64,000 nt of DNA from Gemmatimonadota bacterium (GCA_046758745.1 JBHIAV010000002.1:32001-96000), one strand, 5' to 3'; counted from the first letter of the stretch, positions 37,930 to 48,737 are shown. Notes: generated by a model from the letters alone, not told the origin. Numbers and translations are program-made.

Positions 37930-40812
37930 CTACTTGGCGCGCCCGACCATGACCTGGATGCGCCCCGTCTCCGGCGGAGATCCCCCTCCGTGCGACGCTA
38001 GCTCGAGGGAAACGGCGTCGGCGTCGACCGTCTCCGCGAACAGGAAGTATATGGATGTGGAGCTTCCGAGCTCGAACTCGAAGGCGGAACCGACCGGTAA
38101 CTCCGTCACCGCCAGTGGATACCCCTCGGGGGGAAAGAGCGTCCGGTTCCCCGGCTCTGCCTGGAGCTGGGCGAAGGTGCGCCGGAGATCCCATGTCCCC
38201 ACCTGGAGGCCGTTCGGGAAAGCGCCCCCCCGAAGGTCGTCGCCGGCCAGGGCGATGGAGAACTCGGCCAGCAGCTCTTCCCACCGACGGCCGGTCGCCG
38301 CCTCCACGTTCTGGATGCCGGCCAGGTAGCGCGACCCACCGGTCGAGAGACGGCGGAAGAAAGCGGTCTCGTCCGCTCCGGGCAGCCGGTCAGCCAGCCA
38401 GCGCAGAAATATCCAGGCGAAGCCGCGCATCTGCAGGCTCTCGAAGCCGAGCGGGTCCGTCGCGGCGATCGCCGGTGTGGTGGCCGGGCTCACCATGTGC
38501 AGGCGCAGCCGCGCGAAGTTGGTGAAGTGGAACGCTCGGAACGCATCCGAGGAGCCGCGGCTGTCGGTGAAGTCGTCGAAGGTCAGGTTCCGGCCGACGG
38601 ACGCCCCCACGGCCGCGAGCCCATTCACCTCTTCCGCGATGTGGCTCATTCCCTCGGCCAGCCAGATCGTCTCCTGTTGCTCGAACTCCGCGTCGCCCAG
38701 GATGAGGCGCTGCTCGGCGCTGATCAGATGTTGGATCTCGTGGGCGGTGATGACCCGGGCGTTGGGGAGTGCCCGATCGCGGCGGAAGGGGTCGGAGAAA
38801 TCACCCTCCGGGTCCGGAACCGGCAGGTAGACGATTTCGGCCTCGTTGCTGGTAGGACAGCCCTCCCCGTTCTCGTCCTGCAGGCCGCTCTTCTCCGGAT
38901 CCCCGGAGTCCGCGAGGTCGAGCGCCAGAAAGAAGCCTCCGATGAGCGCTCCGCTACCCCGGGGAGTGAGCCGGTTCACCTGCGGGGTGAAGAGCACGAT
39001 CACCTGGCCGTTCCCGTCGATGTCGGCCGGTTCGCCGAAATACACGACGTCGGTGGGGAGGGTGACCTCCTCGATCTCACGGCTTAGGAAATCCCAGTCC
39101 GCATCCGTGAAGCCGCCCGCCGGAGCGTCGGCATCCTCCACCAGGAGGGCGCGCGGCCCGGAGCTACGCACCACACCGTGGACGACGGCGGCTGTGTCGG
39201 TGCATGACACCTCCAGCGTCGCGGGATCGACGGCGAAGGCGAAGCGGATCGTGTCGCCTGGCGCGGCACGAGAGCCGGAAACGACGCCCAGCCGCCCGGG
39301 ACTTCCGGCGGGCGGCCTGAGCGGGCGCGCACCCGCCCGGAGAAGCTCGCGGAGCGAGGACGCACGCAGTCGCGTCTCGATGTCGGCGCCACCGTGCACG
39401 AGCGGCCACACATCCGCGTCGGCCGCTCGCTCCGACAGTGCGAGGCTGGCCGGGATGGGCTCACCGCTCACGCTGGAGGCGGATCGGACGATGAGGCGGA
39501 GCGGCGTCCGGCCGCCTTCCGTTGCCGAGGCACTCTGCACGGCGACGAAGTGTTCACGCGCGGTGGGGGGAGAGGCGAAGACCAAGCACCGTATCTGCGC
39601 GAGATCCTCGATCAGCCGAGTCTCGCCCGCGGCGAGGTCGATCGGGTCGAGAGCGGGTGAGAGATCCACGAACACGCCGTTGCTCGGCCTCACCCCTCCG
39701 GCCAGCACCCGCAGCCCGACGCGCCGCGGCGGGAGGCAGCGGTCGGCGAAGCTCGGCACCTCGATCTCCAGGACCGTCGGCGCCCCGGACAACACGCGGG
39801 CGACCACTCCGTCCACGAAGACCTCGCTGCCGGACGGGAGGGGGCCGAAGAGAAGCCCGGAGCCGTACACGCGGGCGCGCTCGCCCGCGACGAGGGAGGA
39901 TGGAACCACCGAGTCAATCCGCACGCTCGTCGCGAGCTCCGTCACCGCGCGGATCTGGAAGAGCGCTGTGTCCGATGCGTAGGGCTCCGGAACGAAGGCG
40001 CGGACGATGTGGTCCCCTGGCTCCCGGCCGACAGTCACCAGCACACGCGCATCGCCGAGCTCATCCGTGTGCACCGTGTCGGCTGTGAGCCGGGCGCCAT
40101 CGGTTCCCTGCGCGAGTTCCCACACGACCGGGCGCCCCCCCACCGCATCTATGTCGACAGGGAGGACGCGAACCGAGAGCGGCCTGGGAACCTGCGTCCC
40201 CACCTCGATTTCCTGGTCGTCTCCGCTCACGATCTGGACCCGCATCACGCCGGCGGGGAGGATGCGGACCCGGAAGACGGCCGCCCGAACCCGTGGGTGG
40301 TCGGGGAGGTCGGCCCGCACCCGCACCGTCACGGCGGTCACGTCGGCCACGAAGCTTCCGCGGGCGATTCCGCGCTCGTCCGTGGAGGCGATGGGAGGGT
40401 CCACGAAGCCGCCCGCCTGGGTCGGTTGGAAGCGCACCCGCACCGCGGGAATCGGGCTGCCTCCCGATGTCTCCACTCGCACCTCGAGCAGGGAGTCCGA
40501 CACCTCTCCCGCCACGGCCGCCGGCTCGGCGCTGCCGAGCAGGATGACGCGGGCGGGGTCGTCGGGGCCGACGACCTCCGAGTCGCACGCCCCCGCGCTG
40601 ACTGCGCTGAGGAGCAGGCTGGTGGCGACACGGATCGTGGGCGCACTGTGCAAGGTGCGCGGGAGCAGCCGTCTCTTCGGCTGGCAGGATCGCATCGGTC
40701 TCCTCGGCAGCGGACCGAAGGGAAGCAAAGGCCTCGCGCTCGGACGGAAAGTCAGTGACGCTTCGGCATCGGGCAAGGCATGTCGCCGTGAAGTGGGGAG
40801 ACGGCCGTTCAA
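37930..40812 (-). CDS. Surface lipoprotein with Ig-like/IPT domains and a zinc metalloprotease domain (M30-like)
   Basis: AGAC lipobox; Ig-like repeats (STDERGIA, VSGDDQ, TDELGDA); DIDGNGQVIVLFTP; HEIQH...WLAEGMSH. True start probably downstream of 40812. Confidence 0.7.
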   Translation of the reverse strand: MNGRLPTSRRHALPDAEASLTFRPSARPLLPFGPLPRRPMRSCQPKRRLLPRTLHSAPTIRVATSLLLSAVSAGACDSEVVGPDDPARVILLGSAEPAAVAGEVSDSLLEVRVETSGGSPIPAVRVRFQPTQAGGFVDPPIASTDERGIARGSFVADVTAVTVRVRADLPDHPRVRAAVFRVRILPAGVMRVQIVSGDDQEIEVGTQVPRPLSVRVLPVDIDAVGGRPVVWELAQGTDGARLTADTVHTDELGDARVLVTVGREPGDHIVRAFVPEPYASDTALFQIRAVTELATSVRIDSVVPSSLVAGERARVYGSGLLFGPLPSGSEVFVDGVVARVLSGAPTVLEIEVPSFADRCLPPRRVGLRVLAGGVRPSNGVFVDLSPALDPIDLAAGETRLIEDLAQIRCLVFASPPTAREHFVAVQSASATEGGRTPLRLIVRSASSVSGEPIPASLALSERAADADVWPLVHGGADIETRLRASSLRELLRAGARPLRPPAGSPGRLGVVSGSRAAPGDTIRFAFAVDPATLEVSCTDTAAVVHGVVRSSGPRALLVEDADAPAGGFTDADWDFLSREIEEVTLPTDVVYFGEPADIDGNGQVIVLFTPQVNRLTPRGSGALIGGFFLALDLADSGDPEKSGLQDENGEGCPTSNEAEIVYLPVPDPEGDFSDPFRRDRALPNARVITAHEIQHLISAEQRLILGDAEFEQQETIWLAEGMSHIAEEVNGLAAVGASVGRNLTFDDFTDSRGSSDAFRAFHFTNFARLRLHMVSPATTPAIAATDPLGFESLQMRGFAWIFLRWLADRLPGADETAFFRRLSTGGSRYLAGIQNVEAATGRRWEELLAEFSIALAGDDLRGGAFPNGLQVGTWDLRRTFAQLQAEPGNRTLFPPEGYPLAVTELPVGSAFEFELGSSTSIYFLFAETVDADAVSLELASHGGGSPPETGRIQVMVGRAK

Positions 40813-40908
40813 CTCCCCGCACCTCCTCGCCGTCTAATCAGATGAACCGCCGGCGATGAGAAGGGTATCGACGATCGGGGTCCGCGATTTCAAACCGGGA
40901 GGCGAAAA

Positions 40909-41547
40909 ATGTCTCGAGGCTCTGGGTCAGGCACACCGTGGTACGCGCCCGGCGCGACGGGGTTCTTGCTGCTCACCGCCGCCCTGGGGACCGCGTGCGG
41001 TGGGAAGCGAGTGTCACGGATCGATCCGGCGGCGGTCACCGACCTTTCCGGTCGGTGGAACGACACGGATTCCCGCCTGGTGGCGAACCGGCTCATCGAG
41101 GAAAGCCTGTCGCACCCGTGGCATGCCCGCTTCGCCGAGACGCACGGCGGCGAGGCGCCGCGGGTCATCGTCGGGACCTTCCGGAACCGGTCCATGGAGC
41201 ACATCCCGGTGAGCACGTTCGTGCGAGACCTCGAGCGCGCCTTCGTCAACTCGGGCCTCGTGACGCTGGTGGCCTCTTCGGAGGAGCGGGAGGAGCTTCG
41301 GGCCGAGCGAGAAGACCAGCAGGAGCAAGCCAGGGCCGATACACGCGCGGAGCTCGGGCGTGAGCTCGGAGCGAACTACATGCTGCACGGGGAGATCCAA
41401 TCGATCGAAGATGAGGAAGGCCGCGAGAAGATCGTCTTCTATCAGATCGATGCCACCCTCATCGACCTTGAGTCGAACGTGGTCACGTGGGCCGGGCAGC
41501 ACAAGATCAAGAAGTACATCGAGCGATCCCGGTTCGGGAGCGACTGA
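40909..41547 (+). CDS. LpoB-family lipoprotein
   Basis: Lipobox TAC; VSRIDP..VTDLSGRWNDTDS, NRSMEHI, GANYML.G.I.SI.D, IKK. Confidence 0.8.
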   Translation: MSRGSGSGTPWYAPGATGFLLLTAALGTACGGKRVSRIDPAAVTDLSGRWNDTDSRLVANRLIEESLSHPWHARFAETHGGEAPRVIVGTFRNRSMEHIPVSTFVRDLERAFVNSGLVTLVASSEEREELRAEREDQQEQARADTRAELGRELGANYMLHGEIQSIEDEEGREKIVFYQIDATLIDLESNVVTWAGQHKIKKYIERSRFGSD

Positions 41548-41614
41548 CGGGCCGGCTCGCGCGGGCTTCGCTGCGAGGGCGAGCGAGGCAAGGGGCTCAT
41601 ACGAGAGGTGAACG

Positions 41615-42415
41615 ATGACCAAGAGGCTGCTGCTACTGGGCGTCCTCGGGCTCGCCGCCTATTCCGCCAAGCGGGTGCACGAGGAGCCGATCATCGAGCA
41701 GGGTGACCGGATACCGGATCCGGAGGCGACCGCCGCGGCGACGGCCGCAGGGCAGAGCGAACGCGCCGAGATGGCGAGGGAGCAGGAGGATCTGACAGCG
41801 GCTGCGCTCGCCGAGTGCGAGCCCGAGATCTGCGAGGCCGTCGTCCGGGGCGAGGTCGTTCTCGGGATGAATGCGGTCCAGGTGTTCGCGGCGACGCGCA
41901 CCACGCCGGGCGCGTGGACGGCACGCAGGGCCGGGAATGCCGAGGTCCTCGTGCCTCGCTCGCTCGAGCTCGCCCCCCGAGACGCGGTGAGTGAGCTGGC
42001 GGTGGTGCGCCTCGCCGACGGCCGCGTGAGCCAGTACGGCTACCGAGAGGTATCGGGGATGCGGCTCGTCAGCTCGCCGGCCGACGCGACGACGGAGGGC
42101 CGCTCGGCCGCCCTGGCGGAAGACCTGATCCGCGAGGGAGACGAGCTCGCCGCGGCTGGAGACCTGGAGCGTGCGCTCGACCGGTACGACCGCGCGAGCA
42201 TCCTGAGGCCGGCCGACGCGCTGCTCGACTACCGCATCGCCACGGTTCTCGAGAAGACGCTGAGGCCGATCGAGGCCCTGATTCAGTATCAGCTCTTTCT
42301 CCACCGGCTGGAGCTGGAACGCATCGAGGCCGAGGGTGACGCGGCGGCCAAGCTCGCGGATGCGATAGCGCACGCGAAGGAGCGCATCATCGTCCTCGAG
42401 AAGCACGGGGGATGA
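41615..42415 (+). CDS. Hypothetical exported protein with TPR-like C-terminus
   Basis: N-terminal hydrophobic segment; helical repeat ALDRYDRASILRP. Confidence 0.6.
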   Translation: MTKRLLLLGVLGLAAYSAKRVHEEPIIEQGDRIPDPEATAAATAAGQSERAEMAREQEDLTAAALAECEPEICEAVVRGEVVLGMNAVQVFAATRTTPGAWTARRAGNAEVLVPRSLELAPRDAVSELAVVRLADGRVSQYGYREVSGMRLVSSPADATTEGRSAALAEDLIREGDELAAAGDLERALDRYDRASILRPADALLDYRIATVLEKTLRPIEALIQYQLFLHRLELERIEAEGDAAAKLADAIAHAKERIIVLEKHGG

Positions 42416-42418
42416 GCG

Positions 42419-44008
42419 ATGAGGCCGCGGTCTCGGGCCGTGGCCGGGCAGCGTAGAGACCGAAGGGGGCTCATCTTCGCGGCCATCCTCGCCGTCACGC
42501 TCCCGACGACGGGCTGCGCGAGCCTCTTCTCTTCGGGACCCCTCGCGCCGAACGGCCTTCCGCGGAAAGAGGATGCGCTCCGCCGCCGGCTCGCCGCGGG
42601 TGACTACGGCGAGGCGCTGTCCGCCCTCGAGCCGGGCGGGGAGATCGACCCCGGGGACGATCTGCTCGCCCTCATGTACCGGGGCCTCGTCGCCCACTAC
42701 GGGGGCAGGTACGAGGAGAGCAGCGCCTCTCTCGAGCAGGCGGAGCGGGAGGCCGAGGACCGTTATACCAAGAGCCTCAGCCGTGCGCTGCTGTCGCTCA
42801 TCACCAGCGACCGCGTCCTCAAGTACGATCCGAAGCCCACCGAGCGTCTTCTGCTCCACTACTACGGCGCGCTCAACTACCTGCGAGTCGGCGACATGGA
42901 CGAGGCGGCCGTCGAGGCGCGACGGCTGACCCATCTTCTCGACCTTTTCGAGGAGAAACCGGTGGGGGCGGAGGAGGGAGCCGTTCGGGGCCTGATGAGG
43001 TACTTCGCCGGCGCCGTGTTCGAGGCGAGCGGTGAGGCGAACGACGCGGAGGTGGCATACCGCCTCGCCAGGGCGCGAGGGATCCGCACCGTGTCGGCTC
43101 CTCCGGATGCCGGTGCCGACGAGTCGATCGCGGGAACCGGGGAGGTGCTCGTCCTGGTCGAGAAGGGATTCGTGGCGCACCGCATCGAAGAGTCGCTCAA
43201 CATCGTGCTGTGGCCGCACGAGCTCGAGGTCTTCCAGAGCGGCCCGGAGCCGCTTCGCCTCACTACGTCGACGTGTGTGGTCGAGTACGCGCTCGGGGAT
43301 CCGGCGGCCCGGCCCGTCGTTCCGGCGGCGGATGTGCCGGCCGCACTCCGCGCCTCCGTGAAGCGTTCGCGGCGCCCCCGGGGGAGGGAGCGGTGCCTCC
43401 CTTGGCCGCCGAGACAAGAGGTGGTCGGGGAAGAGAAAGACGAAACGCACTCCGCCGAGGAGACGTCCTCCGGGGGTCATGCGAAGTCCGCCGAGGCCGA
43501 AGAGCGCCGCACCAGGCCGTACCTTCTGCGCATCGCGTTGCCGGCGTACCGGCGGAGCGGGGAGCTTCACGCTCCCGTGCACGTCGTGCTGGACGAGGGC
43601 GAGCCAGCTCCCATCGCTTGGTCGGCCAACCTCTCGGACGCCGTGATCGCCGAGTTCGAAGCAGGAGCGGTCCCGCTCCTCATCAAGACGCTGGCCCGCA
43701 CGGCGGTGAAGTACGCGGTGGCCCGCAAGCTGGAGGATGAGGCGCGCGAGGAGGACAAGACTCTCGGCGATATCGTGGGGGCGTTGGCCGATGCCGGCAG
43801 CGCTCTACTGGAGCGGGCGGACACCCGGGCGTGGCATCTTCTCCCCGACGAGATCGGCGTGACGCGGCTCCGCCTGCCGGCGGGGGAGCACACGCTGGCT
43901 CTCCGCGTCGGACGCGTGGGCACCGGATCCGAGCGACGCATCGCGCTCGGTCCGGTCGAGGTTCGCCCCGGCGCCGTGCGGATCGTCTCCGCGCGCGTGT
44001 GGCGCTAA
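42419..44008 (+). CDS. COG3014-like TPR lipoprotein
   Basis: Lipobox TGC; LLHYYGALNYL, AAVEARR, ERADTRAWHLLP; adjacent to the LpoB-like gene. Confidence 0.8.
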   Translation: MRPRSRAVAGQRRDRRGLIFAAILAVTLPTTGCASLFSSGPLAPNGLPRKEDALRRRLAAGDYGEALSALEPGGEIDPGDDLLALMYRGLVAHYGGRYEESSASLEQAEREAEDRYTKSLSRALLSLITSDRVLKYDPKPTERLLLHYYGALNYLRVGDMDEAAVEARRLTHLLDLFEEKPVGAEEGAVRGLMRYFAGAVFEASGEANDAEVAYRLARARGIRTVSAPPDAGADESIAGTGEVLVLVEKGFVAHRIEESLNIVLWPHELEVFQSGPEPLRLTTSTCVVEYALGDPAARPVVPAADVPAALRASVKRSRRPRGRERCLPWPPRQEVVGEEKDETHSAEETSSGGHAKSAEAEERRTRPYLLRIALPAYRRSGELHAPVHVVLDEGEPAPIAWSANLSDAVIAEFEAGAVPLLIKTLARTAVKYAVARKLEDEAREEDKTLGDIVGALADAGSALLERADTRAWHLLPDEIGVTRLRLPAGEHTLALRVGRVGTGSERRIALGPVEVRPGAVRIVSARVWR

Positions 44009-44178
44009 CGGCTCTCGCTCCGCCGGGACAGCACCGGCTTCCTTCGCTGCAGCTCCTACTTCCGCCGGTTGGCCGCCTCGCGGCGGCGCGCTAGATTCTC
44101 GCGCTTCGCCCACGCGGCACGCCTTCGGCGCGTGCCATCTCGTTCGAAGTCAGCTGTACTTCGGGAACCAGGCGGTGC

Positions 44179-46479
44179 ATGAAGGGAATCGAGCGCGAAC
44201 GGGTGGGGAAGCTGCCCGTGTGGGGCTGGGCCCTGACAACGGCGCTCGCCGTGTGGGGACTGTACGTGCTGACGCTCGGTCCCACGACTGCCTTCTGGGA
44301 CACCTCGGAGTACATTGCGACCGCGCACATCCTCGGGATGCCGCACCCGCCGGGGAACCCGCTCTTCGTGCTGCTTGGGCGTGTGTGGATCGTGATGCTC
44401 GAGTGGACGGGGCTCGACGTGGCCACGCGGGTGAACCTGCTCTCGGCGACGATGTCGGCAGCGGCTTCAGGGCTGTGGTTTCTCGCGGTGGTGCGGATCT
44501 GGTCACACTTTGCCGAGAGCCGTTGGATAAGCGTGACGGCGGGCCTGGTGAGCGTGCTGGTGGGGGCGACGGCGTTCACCGTGTGGTCGCAGTCGACCGT
44601 GAACGAGAAGGTGTACACGGTTTCGCTGCTCTTCGTCGCCCTGATCACGTACGTGGCGATGCTGTGGGAGGACTACAGCGAGAGCTGGCGGGGGGACCGG
44701 CTGGTAGTGCTTGGAGCGTTCCTGCTTGGACTGGGAGCGACGAACCACCAGATGTCGCTCCTACCCGTGGGTGCGCTGCTCGTCTTCGTCGCATGGCACA
44801 GCTGGCGGACGCTGTTGCGGTGGCGGCTGCTGGGGGCAGCCGCGGTCGCGGCGGCGGTGGGGTTCTCGGTGCAGCTACTGTTCGTGCCGATCCGCTCGGC
44901 GCAGAACCCCGTGATCGACGAGGCGGACTCGGAGTGTCCGAGCCTCATAGAGGCGGTCACGCCCGCCCTCTACGAGACGGTCGACGGGAGCAAGAAGCTC
45001 GCCGTCAAATGCGAGGCGCTGGCGGCCTCGCTGGTGCGCGAGCAGTACGCCAAACCGCCTCTCTCGGACCGACAGGCACCCATCCCGGCGCAGGTGGCCA
45101 ACTACCTCCAGTACTTCGACTGGCAGTGGGCGCGCACCCTGCTTCCCGCCCCCCGAGCCGTTGTGACCGGGCTCTTCGTGCTCCTCGGGCTGGTGGGCGT
45201 GTGGCGGCATGCGCGGGGCGATCCGGACAGCTTCGTGTACTTCATCGTCCTGCTGGCCACCGTCACGGGGGGGCTGGTCTTCTACCTGAACTTCAAATAC
45301 GGCTACTCGCTATACCCGGAGATCCCGGTGGACCTCCACGAGGTGAGAGAGCGCGATTACTTCTACGTCGTGAGCTTCAACCTGTGGGGGCTGTACGCCG
45401 GCATGGGTGCCGTGACGACCTGGATGTGGCTGGCCCGCTCGATTGAGAGAGCGACGCGCCGTCCCTCCTGGAGCGGTGGGAATGTCGCGATCGGTGCCTC
45501 GAGGGCCTCCCTGGCGTTGGCGACGCCCGTGCTGATCCCCGCGCTGATCCCACTGGTGCTGAACTTCGACCTGGCGGATCGGCGGGGAGACTATTCGGCG
45601 CGGGACTGGGCGTACAACCTGCTGGAATCGGTCGAGCCGTACGCAATCCTCTTTACGAATGGTGACAACGACACTTTCCCGCTCTGGTACCTGCAGGAGG
45701 TGGAGGGCATCCGGCGGGACGTGACGGTGATCGTCCACTCCTATCTCGGCACGAAGTGGTACCCGAAGCAGCTGAGGGATCTCACGCGACCGTGCCCCGA
45801 AGGGGTCGATCCACTGGAGACGCCGAGCGTGATCGTCTGCCAGCGCCCCTTCGACGCAGAGGCGGCGGTGGGGCCCTACCGGGGCATGCGCGTGATGCCG
45901 CCCACCCGATCGATCTTAGCCATGACCGACGAAGAGATCGACGCGCTGCAGGCTTTCGCCGTCGTTCCGCCCGATTTCCCGGGAGCCTCGTTTTCGCCGT
46001 CCCTCACGGTTTCGCTGCCCGAGAACCGGATCCTCACCCATCCCGACCTCCTCGTCTTCCAGATCACCCGCCGGTCGCTCGGAGACCGGCCCGTGTACTT
46101 CGCCTCGACCGCGCCCCCCGTGTACCAGGTGTGGAATCTCGAGCCGCACCTCCTGCGCCAGGGTCTCGCGCACAAGCTCGTGGACGGTCTCCTCGAGTCC
46201 ACGGCCGACACGGTGCAGCTGGGAGCCCAGTTCAACGTCCGCTGGATCGACAGGACCCGCACCGAGACGCTGCTGTGGGACGTCTTCCAGCTCGACTACC
46301 TCCTCGACTGGGAGATCTGGCCCGAGCCATCCACGCGGGCGAGCATCCCGGCGCAGTATTACCTGGCTCACATCGCCCTCGGCGAAGCGCATTCCCTGCG
46401 GGAGCGCCCTTCGGCGGCCGAGGAGAACTACGAGCGGGGCACACGCCTGCTCGAGCTTTCCAACCGCGACGTGCCGTAG
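44179..46479 (+). CDS. DUF2723/TMEM260-like membrane glycosyltransferase
   Basis: FWDTSEYIATAHILGMPHPPGNPLF, EVRERDYFY, ILFTNGDNDTFPLWYLQEVEGIRRDV. Confidence 0.88.
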   Translation: MKGIERERVGKLPVWGWALTTALAVWGLYVLTLGPTTAFWDTSEYIATAHILGMPHPPGNPLFVLLGRVWIVMLEWTGLDVATRVNLLSATMSAAASGLWFLAVVRIWSHFAESRWISVTAGLVSVLVGATAFTVWSQSTVNEKVYTVSLLFVALITYVAMLWEDYSESWRGDRLVVLGAFLLGLGATNHQMSLLPVGALLVFVAWHSWRTLLRWRLLGAAAVAAAVGFSVQLLFVPIRSAQNPVIDEADSECPSLIEAVTPALYETVDGSKKLAVKCEALAASLVREQYAKPPLSDRQAPIPAQVANYLQYFDWQWARTLLPAPRAVVTGLFVLLGLVGVWRHARGDPDSFVYFIVLLATVTGGLVFYLNFKYGYSLYPEIPVDLHEVRERDYFYVVSFNLWGLYAGMGAVTTWMWLARSIERATRRPSWSGGNVAIGASRASLALATPVLIPALIPLVLNFDLADRRGDYSARDWAYNLLESVEPYAILFTNGDNDTFPLWYLQEVEGIRRDVTVIVHSYLGTKWYPKQLRDLTRPCPEGVDPLETPSVIVCQRPFDAEAAVGPYRGMRVMPPTRSILAMTDEEIDALQAFAVVPPDFPGASFSPSLTVSLPENRILTHPDLLVFQITRRSLGDRPVYFASTAPPVYQVWNLEPHLLRQGLAHKLVDGLLESTADTVQLGAQFNVRWIDRTRTETLLWDVFQLDYLLDWEIWPEPSTRASIPAQYYLAHIALGEAHSLRERPSAAEENYERGTRLLELSNRDVP

Positions 46480-46515
46480 GGCCGACGGGCCCACCGCCCC
46501 GACGGAACGCCCGGC

Positions 46516-47385
46516 CTACGGCTCGGCCAGGGACGTTCGCGTCGTCCCGGAACCCGACAGGGAAAGCGCCGGCGCCCCCGGCTGGGGAAGCTCGAACGCG
46601 AACTCCACCGTGCCGCGGCTGGCTAGGAACCGGCCGCGCGTAACGTCGAAGCGAACGAGCTGTTCGACGGAGCCCGAGACGCGGGCCGAGGGTCCAGAGG
46701 GATCACCCCGGCCGGCGACTAGGAGCTTCATCTTCGACCTCAGCTCGGCGACCCGTGAGCGCCCGAACGCCTGCACCCGTTCCAGGGTGGTCGTCCGCAC
46801 GACCCGTATCCCTTCGGCGGCTTCGAGGCCGGGCACACCCATAGCGGCGAGGGGAACGGTGTCGGACCAGCTCTCCCCCACAGCGACGGGGAGCTCCGGA
46901 AGTACGGGAAAGCCGACCCGCTGAAGCCAGCCCTCCAGTTGGGCCGGCTGCACCTGTGTCCCAGGATCAGGGCCCCCTCCTTCGACGCTTTGGGGCTCGA
47001 TCCGGGCCACACGACCGGAGCGGGTGACGGCGAGTCGGAAGGGTGGGCTTCGCAGGCCCTCCAGCAACGGCGCCCCCGGGATCGGCGGCTCGCTGCTGAA
47101 GTGCAGCCGCGTGATCGCGGCCATGAAGAAAAGGGTGTCCGGAGTGACTTCCTCCGCCGTCTGCCGCAACGTGAGGCTGGTGCGGGTGGTCACGTGGCCT
47201 CCCAGCTCGGGCGGCAGATCGAGCGTCATGGTCCCCTCGTGCCGATACTCGAGCGACTCGCCCCGGGCTGCTTCGAGCCGCAGGTGAACCGGCCCCTCCT
47301 GCATGAGCATCGACGGCGGCCACCCGAGCAGGGCGAGCGCAGCTCGGCCTACGATGACGGCCGCAACGGCAGACGGCGTCGGCAC
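46516..47385 (-). CDS. Hypothetical exported beta-rich protein
   Basis: N-terminal hydrophobic segment; LPELPVAVGESW and FDVTRGRF motifs; starts 2 nt after the cytochrome stop. Confidence 0.6.
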   Translation of the reverse strand: MPTPSAVAAVIVGRAALALLGWPPSMLMQEGPVHLRLEAARGESLEYRHEGTMTLDLPPELGGHVTTRTSLTLRQTAEEVTPDTLFFMAAITRLHFSSEPPIPGAPLLEGLRSPPFRLAVTRSGRVARIEPQSVEGGGPDPGTQVQPAQLEGWLQRVGFPVLPELPVAVGESWSDTVPLAAMGVPGLEAAEGIRVVRTTTLERVQAFGRSRVAELRSKMKLLVAGRGDPSGPSARVSGSVEQLVRFDVTRGRFLASRGTVEFAFELPQPGAPALSLSGSGTTRTSLAEP

Positions 47386-47386
47386 G

Positions 47387-48706
47387 CTACCGCCCCAGAA
47401 CGAGCGTGTCGTCGAAGATCGCGAACGGACTCTCCAGGCTGCGCCGGTGCGCCGCTCGGATGAGGACGCGCGCGCTATCAGTCAGCGATCCTGCCAGGAG
47501 CTTTCGGAACTCTCCCTCGTAAAAGGCATCCGGCCTCACCTCTACGGTTCCGTGGGCGAGGGTGGCCTCGGGGTTCGACAGCGAGATTCGGACGGCGAGG
47601 CTGCTGTCGGGCGGAAGGCGGGTGTCGGAGAACTCGACCCAGGTGCCTCCCTGAAGGGCGACCCGACGAGCGATGGTGGACTCGGCCGTCGCCCCGTCGA
47701 TGGGCCTCCCCGCTCCGTCGAGAAGCTCCACCCGGACCACGACCTCGGGCGTCACGTAGGTTGGGAACCGGTGCCCGGTGCCAGAATTGGTGACCCGGAG
47801 CGCTAGCTCTCGCCCGGCCGCCCCGGCCTCGTATGGTCCGACCCAATCGATCGTCAGCCCCGACCGTACCATCTGCGGGTCGTGGATGCCCCGCCACACG
47901 TGGCGACGGTCGGGCATGTGGCAGCTCTGGCAGATCACTCCCTGCAGCCCATACCGACTCTCCCGCCACTCGACATAGGTGTTCTCGAGCGGCTTGCCGT
48001 TGGGAGCCGGTGCTCCCACTTCGAACTGGTGACAGCCCATGCAGAAGCGAGCGTCCTCGAAGAAGGTTGTTCGGTTCACTCCCCCATGAGGCGAGCCGGG
48101 TGGAGAGGGATCCAGGCCGCCGCCGCGTCTGGGCGGTCCGTACCGCTTCCAGCCGCGGACGTGGCACGCGGCGCACACGAGTCCTTGGTCCCGAAGCGCC
48201 GGGTCGTAGCCCGGGTTCAGCCCGAAGCCGCCGCCCGGGAGGAGAAGCCTCTCGCTCTGCTCGGAGAGAGGCGCGTGGCAGACGAGGCAGGACGCGACGA
48301 AGGCGAAGTTGGTCTCTTCCTGGCTCACCAGCTGTCCGGCGAAGCCGGGGGAGAAGGCGGCCGCGTGGATGGTGGTGCGCCAGTCTTCGTACTGCTGCAC
48401 ATGGCAAGTGCCGCAGGCGGACGGCTCGAGCGAGTTCTCGAGCGGCGACAGACCCTCCGGCGGCGGGCCCTGTGCCGGGATGGGCCGCCGCCAGTAGCCC
48501 GCGAGAAACTCGGGAAGGACATCGAAGGTGCGCGAGTCCGCTGCCGGCGTCGCCAGGGGGAGGGACGCGGCACCGGCGGATGTCCTCTCCTCCGACGGGC
48601 CGCACGCCACTGCCACGGAGAGCCCCGCCGGCGCCAGGGAGCGAAAAAGCCCGACCGCGAGCGGCCGGGCTTTCTCCGTAAGGTGGTGGAGCGCGAGCCG
48701 GCTCAC
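47387..48706 (-). CDS. Pentaheme c-type cytochrome (probable lipoprotein)
   Basis: Five CxxCH motifs: CGTCH, CLVCH, CAACH, CMGCH, CQSCH; GTGHRFPT; AVAC lipobox. Start reassigned to GTG at 48706. Confidence 0.85.
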   Translation of the reverse strand: MSRLALHHLTEKARPLAVGLFRSLAPAGLSVAVACGPSEERTSAGAASLPLATPAADSRTFDVLPEFLAGYWRRPIPAQGPPPEGLSPLENSLEPSACGTCHVQQYEDWRTTIHAAAFSPGFAGQLVSQEETNFAFVASCLVCHAPLSEQSERLLLPGGGFGLNPGYDPALRDQGLVCAACHVRGWKRYGPPRRGGGLDPSPPGSPHGGVNRTTFFEDARFCMGCHQFEVGAPAPNGKPLENTYVEWRESRYGLQGVICQSCHMPDRRHVWRGIHDPQMVRSGLTIDWVGPYEAGAAGRELALRVTNSGTGHRFPTYVTPEVVVRVELLDGAGRPIDGATAESTIARRVALQGGTWVEFSDTRLPPDSSLAVRISLSNPEATLAHGTVEVRPDAFYEGEFRKLLAGSLTDSARVLIRAAHRRSLESPFAIFDDTLVLGR

Positions 48707-48737
48707 CCGCCCGCTCGCGCCGCCGCGTGTCGGCCGA

